From: Octopus vulgaris
Taxonomy: Eukaryota
Assembly: GCA_951406725.2 (NCBI GenBank)
Contig: OX597820.1
Coordinates: forward strand, 82,646,001-82,710,000
Reading direction: 5' to 3'
Length of the DNA stretch: 64,000 nucleotides
Below, one piece after another: positions 54,992 to 64,000 of the stretch (position 1 is the stretch's first letter; each line of letters starts with the position of its first letter). A program made the translations under genes and the position numbers. Below the pieces are notes generated by a model, which did no database searches, was not told the origin of the DNA, and saw only the letters and a list, made by a program, of their open reading frames with translations.

Positions 54992-55474
54992 AAAGTCAGA
55001 ATGCGATAAATTAAAATTAATTATTATCGCTGGTGTTTCTAGCACAGGCCATATATTATTCATATATAAGTGCATTAAAGGGCGAAGTATGTACTAGATA
55101 CACAGAAGCTTGATAAATTTAGTGAAATGAAAATAAAAACTTTTACTAACTCGGTTCTTCTTAGACTGCAGTTTCGCCTATTTCAGCAATAAAAATAATA
55201 TTTATTTACTCAGGTAGGCTCTTCAGTAAGATTCCTGTTATTATGAGATCGCACCTCGATAGACACATGTGCGTCTACTGATTTGCTCTTTCTAACTAAT
55301 CAGATCACTGCGCAGACGCAGAACGTACCCGACAAACTAGGGATTTCTGGTATATAGTCTAACGCTCAAAATTTATCGAGAAATATGTAAACAAAGTCAG
55401 AATGCGATAAATTAAAATTAATTATTATTTATTATCGCTGGACCAGGTGATGCCTTGTGTTCTTGTGTTAAACA
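54886..55474 (-). mobile_element. Small non-coding hammerhead-containing element (mini-PLE / retrozyme-like cassette)
   Basis: Perfect 37-bp inverted repeats at 54886-54922 and 55438-55474; ~47-bp direct repeats starting at 54987 and 55388 (401-bp period); canonical hammerhead inside; (AT)n at the left junction. Confidence 0.7.
55159..55231 (-). ncRNA. Canonical type I hammerhead ribozyme
   Basis: Minus strand: UCUUA CUGAAGA GCCUA [34 nt] UAGGC GAA AC ugca GU C UAAGA. All core nucleotides are present, stems I and II are perfect, stem III is the palindrome ACUGCAGU, and the cleavage triplet is GUC (predicted cut between 55164 and 55163). Confidence 0.88.
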
Positions 55475-55639
55475 CTACATTTCAAGATACTCCAGTTCGC
55501 TTAGCTGACAAAAATGAGTAATACTGTGACAGACTGGTGTCCTCTCCGGGGCGGGCGCAATATACTTGCCAGAAAATGCGGGAAACTGGCCTTATGAACC
55601 TATGGCTCGCAAAAGAACTTTATCCATTATACAAATGGA

Positions 55640-56050
55640 TGTATCAATGGACTGGAAACTAACTGGGACACCTCCTTGAAAACTTTAGTCGAACAAATCG
55701 ACTCCACTATTTATTTTTTAAAGCCTAGTACTAATTCTATTGGACTTTTTTCTAAGTTACGCAAATATAAAGAAACCAGCACCAGTTTCAAGCGGTTGTG
55801 GAGGAAGAGGACAAAGAAAAACACATACGCACAGGCGCACGCACACAGATACACACACACACACACTCACACACACACATGTATATGACAGGTTTCCATA
55901 CAATTTACGACCATCACATTCCCTAACAAAGCATTGGTAGACTCAGCACTATAGTGAAAGCCAGTTTCCAGAGGTGCCGTGTAGCGGGACTGAATCAGAA
56001 TCTACGTGGATGCAAAGCTGGCTTCTTAATTTAACAACTATGCCTGCGTC
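55640..56050 (-). mobile_element. SINE family A copy (diverged)
   Basis: Same order of motifs as 8893-9243 and 50675-51040 (TTTAGTCGAACAAATCGAC..CTAGTACT.ATTCTAT..GGGACTGAA). Confidence 0.75.
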
Positions 56051-57374
56051 TTGTGTATGCTGTCAACAGTAGCGAAGCACCTAATATGTTTGATTGAACA
56101 ATATTTCATTAACACTACGAAATCAAATTAATTTTGTTTTTAAATTATTTCTATATTTCAATGAAGTAAAATGTTAAGTCTGTTTAACCCTTTGGGTGTG
56201 CTAATTAATGTTGGAACATATCATTGAAGTTGTAACAAAATAATCGTTGAAAAATAAATTCAATTTGTAGGCGACTTGGTTGTGATAATTATATCTCACC
56301 TATTGATAATTTGTCACTCATCATACTTTCGGCAAATCACTTGTAAATGACGTCCGTAATTAAAAAAATTAATTATAGGACAGTTTATATGTGGTTGTAT
56401 ATTAGTGCTTTGTTTTATCGAATTTGAAAAGGTGAAAGACAAAAGCCATAACAGTTTGATTCTTTTACACAAGATTTAGGGAAAATTATTAAACTGTGGA
56501 GTATTTAGCAATATGTATTGTTTATTATCAAGTCACAACTGTAAGATAAAAAGTAAATGGATATTTGTGTTGTATGCATAAGAGAAATCTTCATTGCTGT
56601 TTGGATAGTATATTGTTGTAGTTGTAGTTCTGTCACATACCCCGAACTTCATGTTTGCTTTGTATGTAATAAGAAAATTCATCTGGTACAAAGTGTCCTT
56701 TATTAATGGGTTTACTTTAAATTGTCTGTTGCATAAGTCTGTTGTTTTAGTGGCTCCAGCATTTTGTGTTCTCCCCCGCATTTAGTTGTAAGTATCTTAA
56801 TTATCTGTTTGCAGTGAGGTAGGGGGATGGATGTTTTAAGAACGTTGACTAGTGGAAGAGAGTCGCCCCGCCATCATGTAGAGTAAATAGGCTGTTTTTA
56901 TATAATATATCTAAACACAAACGATGTAATAGTAACCCTAATCTTCTGATCTATATTCATTTAGTGGTGTTTCTGAAGAGGACAACACTAACTAATAATA
57001 AAAAAAAATTCCTCGTTCAATTACAAAATTCATGAAGTCTCCTGCACTGAGTTTCACTTCCAAGTGCTTTTGTATAATATAGTTTCTCTTTTAGAATATA
57101 AGTTCTTACTTCTTTATCTATTATTTCTGTAAACACTAGATTTTATCTACAAAAGCTCTACGCATTTTAAAAGAATTAGAACTTTAAAAATATCTGATGT
57201 TATAAATATCACTGTATCTCATGAACAATCGTGGTAATTGAAATTTGAAAATCCTGATAAGCGTAATACTTGAATCTACAAACTTTTATTTTTAAGTTTG
57301 ATGTTAAACTTCGATAATTTTTGCTTCTTCAATGAATCCAAATTATTTCATTTTCTGTTTTCTTTTATTTTCAG

Positions 57375-57574
57375 ATTGTTTCTTCGAATGCTCTTGTATT
57401 GCCGGAGGAACAGACTTTGATCATGCAGCTATTAGAGGAAATTGCACTCATTACGTATACTGCTACGGTGAAAGCGAACATGTGATAGCTTGTCCGAATG
57501 GATATTTTTATAACTACAAATCAGAACAAGGAACAATCCCATGTGAAAGAACAGCTGACAACTGTAGCCCTTAA
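57375..57574 (+). CDS. Terminal exon encoding a chitin-binding type-2 (CBM14) domain, ending in TAA
   Basis: Strong acceptor ttttctgttttcttttattttcAG, phase 1. Peptide DCFFECSCIAGGTDFDHAAIRGNCTHYVYCYGESEHVIACPNGYFYNYKSEQGTIPCERTADNCSP* has the NC..Y..C.........CP.G.FY CBM14 signature. Confidence 0.88.
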
Positions 57575-57819
57575 CTATTACCATTGTTGAAATTGCATAC
57601 ATGTAATTGTTGTAATGGCATGTTCACAAAGCACAAAACTCTTTTATGTCCATTTAAACCTACTTGCTGTGTATCAATAGTGATTCTATACATAAATGCA
57701 ACACAAACTTTACAGGAAAGATTATTCTTAAATGTGTTGCACCGTTTGTCTCTTCTATATTCTTTAGTACTAAAACTTGAGTGAATAATATTTTATAGAG
57801 AAGCAAAATGAGCAACTAG

Positions 57820-57825
57820 AATAAA
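57820..57825 (+). promoter_or_regulatory. Candidate polyadenylation signal of the Ig/CBM14 gene
   Basis: First AATAAA ~245 nt after the stop, followed by GT-rich TTGTTTGTGG..GGTGTTG; AATAAA is common in AT-rich DNA. Confidence 0.45.
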
Positions 57826-58019
57826 ATTGTTTGTGGCCTTGGTGTTGACCAGCTAAAAATTGCCATCCATTTTGCTAAAACCTGACATATTTCTGAGTTT
57901 AGAAAACTGAAACATGACACATTTGAAAGTAACACATATTTTACAATTGTCTGATTTTCTTATCACTGAAGTTGTGCTACCTTTTCATCGAGCACGATGC
58001 TGCTGCTGGTGTTGCTGCA

Positions 58020-58076
<57 letters not shown>

Positions 58077-58798
58077 GCTACTATTACTACTATTGCTGCT
58101 GCTTCCACCCTGCTGCTGTGTTCATTGCAATGACATTGCGTAATCTACTTCAATATTTCATTTTTGTTTCAGACAGATGTCTCTTAAGAGAAGAAAAAGA
58201 AACCGCATGTTTTCCCAGCTACAGTACCATCCTACAAATATATTTCATTTCAATTAAGAGATGTGAAACGTCTCATCCAACTTTTGCTTAATAATATACC
58301 AGTTATAAAATGCTATGCCTGGGAATCTCCCAAGTGATAAAAGTTAAAACTTACCAGAACGCTTGTTTGTATGAAAAAATAAAGATAGAATGTCTTCCCA
58401 AGAAAAAAGAATACTATTGTGTAAAAAACAAACTCATACAAAACCTGGTTACTTTAACATGTTCTTGCAATGATTAAATAAGAATAAGACATCGTTGTGT
58501 TATTATTTCTAAGACTGGAGCAAAATGAAAAAATGGTTTGGTACAAGTAATTGATGGATTAATCCAATATTTTACTGGAAGAATATCAATTTAGGTGGAA
58601 TTTGAACGTAAGACTGGATAGGTATAATGAAACTGTAAAAGAGTGAGTACAATAAAATGCTGAACAGCAAATTGTAACTGAAACATATGGAAAGAAAAGT
58701 GAATATGTATACATACATAGATACACATATTTACTTTCCCACACACAGAAGGACGTGCACGTGAAACTGTCATACATACATTCATTTGTATATATATT

Positions 58799-59205
58799 AG
58801 GTGTGGCTGTGTGGTAAGAAGCGTGCTTTGCAACCACATGGTTTTGGGTTCAGTCCCGCGGTATGGCACCTTGGGCGAGTGTGTGTCTTCTGCTACAGTC
58901 GCGGGCCGACTAAAGCTTTGTGAGTGGATTTGGTAGACGGAAACTGAAAGAAGCTCGTCGTATAAATATATATGCATATATATTTATGTGTATGTGCCTT
59001 TGTGTCCGTGTTTGTCCTCCCACCATCGTTTGACAACCGATGTTGATGGGTTTATAACCCCCGAAATTTGGCTGTTTGGCAAAAGAGACCGATAGAATAA
59101 GTACTAGGCTTACAAAGAATAAGTCCTGGTTAGATTTCTTCAATTAAAACGCTTTAAGGCAGTGCTCCAGCATCGACGCAGTCAAATGACTAAAACATGT
59201 AAAAG
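58799..59205 (+). mobile_element. tRNA-derived SINE family A, near full length
   Basis: GTGTGGCTGTGTGGTAAGAAG..GGGTTCAGTCCC..GGCACCTTGGGCGAGTG..GTGAGTGGATTTGGTAGACGGAAACTGAAAGAAG; multiple copies in this window. Confidence 0.88.
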
Positions 59206-59535
59206 AATATATGTGTGTGTGCCTGTGCGTATGCATGTGTGTGTATGTATGTGTGTGTCCGTATGTGTGTGAGTACGTGTATAGTTGCGATAGTTCACGG
59301 GCTGATTCAGCGAGACACAATGCGCGGCAAGGCTGTAGCTGTTTCGAATTACAGGTATACAAAACTTGACTCGCTTCTGTACATTTCCGTCAACCCGGTT
59401 TTACTCACAACGTATGGTTAGGTTCAAGGCGTATAGAAAATAACATTACCCTGAAATTCTACGCAGTCAGATATACTCAAGACCTTGTGATTGCGAATCT
59501 AACTTCTTTATCATTCAGTAATTTTACTCATGCTC

Positions 59536-59626
<91 letters not shown>

Positions 59627-59886
59627 GTATATATATATAGCAGAGTTAGCGGTTGGAATAACCGTTTAAGGGATAAAAATATACTACCGGTATCATTCAC
59701 CTATGTTATCCTTGTGCATAGGTGTGCAATCACATTATACTCATGGCGTACAGGTTATAACAGAATAAACAAAAGTTTATCAGGAATTAAATTTAAATAA
59801 GCAGAAAATGGTGAAATCTTTTGATCAACAAGGAAAGAAATTGACCAACATCGGTTAATTATTTTTTAATACAACTCATAACATAA

Positions 59887-60015
59887 TATTTCTTACAGCC
59901 GTTTCGGCTACCAATGTCAGTCCGTGCTTACAAAAAAGAAAAAAATTCCGAAAATAATATTCGCCATCTTTATAGCACCTTCGATCTAGTACATAGAGCT
60001 TCATCAGAGTGAATA
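59887..60015 (-). ncRNA. Degenerate hammerhead-like motif with ~90-nt stem II insertion
   Basis: Minus strand: UAUUCACU CUGAUGA AGCU [~87 nt] AGCC GAAAC ggcu GUA AGAAAUA. The core is intact; stems I and II are imperfect. Confidence 0.4.
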
Positions 60016-61149
60016 AAAATACATAAAATAAAATAAACGAAGGGAAGAGGAAAGAGGAAAGAACAGGGCCTCCAGATGAGGCCAGGAGGCTTAATATATC
60101 AGAATCATACCATTTTGCAGTGTGACGCTTGAAGTCAATGGGCAAAAAAGATAACTAGAAAATGAACTAGAGAAATATTTTATGGGTTATCTCTTTATAT
60201 AGGGGTATCAGGGTGTATGAATAGTAGTAGAATAAAACTAGTGCTAAAGTAAAACAGAATACGTCTAGAAAAGAATTAGTACTAATAATTTCGTAAATAG
60301 AGCAAATTAATATTTATCCAAAACCAAACCCGTAAAGTTTATATAATGGTGTACTTACTGAAATATTCTAGAGACCAACCACCTATTATCAGTAATGGAA
60401 TTAACCAAAGTCCAGTCATCTCTACAACTGGTCAGTAATATTTAAACGAAGGGCAACTTAAGACCGTTATAGGGGTAGACGTAAATAAAGAAGAAAACGA
60501 ACCAGTAAGTAAAAGGTATTGGGGACAAGACTATGCCATAAGTGACACGAGGCCGCTTACATCCTTCTACACCTTCTCAACATAACATTACATAACATAT
60601 AAATAAAAATAAGATAAATACTAGCAACCAATACAGCTATTAACTTTTTGATAGTTAAGGGGAGACTACTGATAGGGGAGGTGAATACTAGTGGAAATTA
60701 CCTTCGAAATATAATGCTGAATTGACATCTTAAATAGCCAGCATACTTCCAAGTGGTGGTAATACTAGATGAAGAAGTAAACGTCTATACGTTCCTGAGA
60801 GCATTCTACCTCTTAGACATACAAGTGCGCAAAAGTACAAAACCCCCATACAGTTAAACGATTACGAGTTAAATCACTTGCTAATTACTATCATGGTTAC
60901 AAACTCCGGGTCCTATCAGAGTTCCCCTCGCTATTCCACTTATGTTTCTGTTATTATTGTCTCACAGGCAGAATGCACTCGATTTCCGCCATCAACTGCC
61001 AGTCTTCAACATTCACACTAAGCTCCTTTTGACAGCATTCTTCGTCCTAGTAAGGTGCTCAGCCTAACGCATCAGAAAAAGTTCAATGAAATAGAATGAA
61101 TGTTATTACGAAGCATTTAATGAAATGTAATGAACATATTATGCAATCT

Positions 61150-61620
61150 GAAGCAGTTTTTCGATTAAATCGGAAGAAAACAAGTCATCATCAATGAAAT
61201 TGTACTATTGTACTCAAAGTGATTTTGGAACCGGTTACAATTTTCGCATCTGCGGTATCACATGAACCCACCCAAATACAAGTTAACTGTATAATAATGA
61301 ATGCCACAGCACTGTTTATCTCGCTTGAAGTAGGCCCAAGTGCTTTTCTCTCGCTGAGATTATGCCCCAACTTGACTTGCGAGATCACCGTTCGGTGCAG
61401 AAATTGGAAGCATGGTATCTCTAGAATATGCGTGTATAATCGCCACAGGTCGTTGTATATCGTTCTTTCTAGCATTCAATTGTCAAAAACAATTTCCAAG
61501 TGTGTAACGACCCCCAGAATGAACTGCATAAAGGAATATCTCTCGGGTCACACAACGGACACAGCGAAAATCCCAGTAACATCAGACTGAATGGAAACCC
61601 CTTTAAAAAACTATATACAC
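61150..61620 (-). mobile_element. Possible Tc1-like transposase remnant
   Basis: Frameshifted minus-strand SWGIISAREKHLGLLQ/EINS resembles VWG.IS..G...L....G.INS. Confidence 0.35.
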
Positions 61621-62050
61621 AACACTGCTGAGTTAAGAACTGAGGAAATGCTACACCTTTGCCTCAAATCGTACGGTGCCTAAAAGATAGGAATATGGTC
61701 CTCCGCCAAAAACTGGAAACCAACGCACGAAACATAAGATTACGGACAGAATCCCCATGCAAGCAAAATATTTATCCATTGATGCAATATTTTGTACGCG
61801 TTCGTACTGTTCGCTGTCGTGTATGTATGCATACGATTAGATGCGTTCACGCGCATACATACGTACGTACATACACGTACGTGCACATACATATATTCTA
61901 TTTATAATTTCCTTTACCGAGTTCTTTGTCATAAAGTTAGTAGTGGCAAGTGCAAATTACTATTATACATATGTATACACGTACCTACATACATATTTGC
62001 ATCCACGCACATACATACATATTTATCTATGTTGGTAAGGATGTATATAA

Positions 62051-62223
<173 letters not shown>

Positions 62224-63209
62224 AATGTATACTACGTATGCGGGTGTGTATCTGTTTGTGCGTTTGCGTGTATATGCATATATGTTTGATTCCACGCAGA
62301 TCCGTTATCTCCGACAAGTACACACACACACACACACGCGCGCGCGCGCATACACCACACTCATATATCTAAACATATATATTATACATACATGTACTTT
62401 AAGTTCGATAGAAAAGGTAGATATATTTTGAGATTGGTATAAAAGTGAATGGATAGAAACATGTAAAGGAAATCGAGAAATGTTAAAAGGGGAATCAGAC
62501 GTTAAGAATATTCATGCATTGATATACGCACATAAATATACATATATTCAGGCATTGTACGAGAAAGTATATATATATAGAATTGCGTGCGTATGTGAGT
62601 TTTTAAATGGATGTGTGTGTGTGCGCGCGCCTGTTGCTATGTTCGTGTTTGCCAGTGTTCTTGCAAGTGTGTTCTTCGTGAATGTGCAAATGTATAAAAT
62701 TTATGAATATTCCAATGTTAAGTATGATAAATTAAATCTTGTCAAAGCAGATAAGAGATAGAAAAAATATCTATGAATTTAAATGAATATCGGAACACAC
62801 GCAGACACATACACGTATACACCACCGTATACACATTCAACGCACTACAACAACAAACACTCCCATACATACATAGAAATATACACATACATGTGTGTGT
62901 GCATGTGTAGGTGTGTGTGTTTCAGGGTTGTTCAATGACTTGAGAAAAGAGTGAAGTGACAAGCTCTTATGCTACGCTGGAAAAGAGTAGACTTGATTCA
63001 ATTATTCACAGGTTCTTATAGTTCACTTGTTTGATGCTATGAACTGTTACATCTCGGATCAAAATTTGCATCGTGTGTCAAACATTATAATACTTCTGGC
63101 TTGCGATTTAATATAATTGTGAGTACAGATATAAGGATACACATTTATGTGTGTATGTAATACACACACACACACACGTGTATACATACATATATAAACA
63201 CATGATTCT

Positions 63210-63380
63210 TTAGCACGCCAGGCATTTCTTCCGTCTTTACGTTTTGGGTTCAAATGCGGCCGGAGTAAATTTTGCCTTTCACCTTTTCGGGCTCTATAAA
63301 ATAGATACCAGTAGGACACTGGGGTCGATTTAATCAATTTAGCCCCTACCCTGAAATTGTTAGCTTTGCTCGAAACCAGC
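63210..63380 (+). mobile_element. SINE family B copy
   Basis: TTAGCACGCCAGG..GGGTTCAAAT..TTTGCCTTTCACCTTTTCGGG..TACCAGT..CACTGGGGTCGATTTAATC. Confidence 0.8.
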
Positions 63381-64000
63381 ACACACACACACACACACAC
63401 GCATATATGTATTTATGAACGCACCAGTCCTTTGGACGGTTTAAGTTGCTTTGGCAGTATTTTTTTTCACCAAATAACTGAACTACCAAGAAGGTTTATG
63501 AGTAGCGCGGCAATCTATGTTTCCGATTAACCTAGGAACAGAAGACCAAACTGAAGACTGATTATTGTGGAGGCCGTTGCACATTAATGAGCATAGAACA
63601 TATAAGGTTGCAAGCGATACAAAATAAAGCTACTGAAGTGTTTTGGGAGTAGATTTTGTGATAATGACTACAAACTATAGTTGTTCTACTAGAAAGTGAA
63701 ATTGTTTGTTAGATTCAGCCATATAAATGGTGTAAGAAAATTGAAGGAAGACGTTGAATCTCCCCCTCTGCGAGTTTTTCAGTGAGAAATATGGCTGCTA
63801 CGTTCAAAACTGGTAATATAATACCTACTTGAAAAAGTAGAGTTAAAGGAATGTATTTGTTACTTGCTTACAGTGTACGACAGTTCTGAAATTGACTTCA
63901 GGTAAGGAAAAATGAAGACATGAAGAGTTTGACTTCAGTTCACGAATACTACTTTGAACCTTTAGCATTTTGCAGTGAAAGGACGTCGCGTTGAAACGCA

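Noticed and set aside
56533-56781. 82-aa minus-strand ORF
   Set aside because: No recognisable domain or convincing splice context.

Overview
AT-rich, microsatellite- and transposon-dense animal genomic DNA. The tRNA-derived SINE families and repeat landscape look like an Octopus (cephalopod) genome, which is inferred from recall, not from a search. Hidden among the repeats are four splice-bounded, phase-1 exons on the + strand (16511-16834, 22124-22444, 27566-27784, 57375-57574). They join in frame into a ~354-aa Ig(V-like)-Ig(C2-like)-chitin-binding(CBM14)-chitin-binding(CBM14)-stop protein with no visible transmembrane segment. This resembles chordate VCBP immune lectins and molluscan Ig-lectin (FREP-type) proteins; I could not locate the first (signal-peptide) exon. 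The rest is intron/intergenic sequence holding several Penelope-like element (PLE) remnants, a head-to-tail stack of R4/Dong-like retroelement 3' ends in (TAA)n, Tc1/mariner remnants, LINE fragments and many SINEs. Eight hammerhead-ribozyme-like motifs are present. One is fully canonical (55159-55231, - strand) and sits in a ~400-bp direct-repeat unit bracketed by 37-bp perfect inverted repeats (retrozyme/mini-PLE-like). Almost all long ORFs in the supplied track are microsatellite artefacts. Transposon boundaries are approximate.
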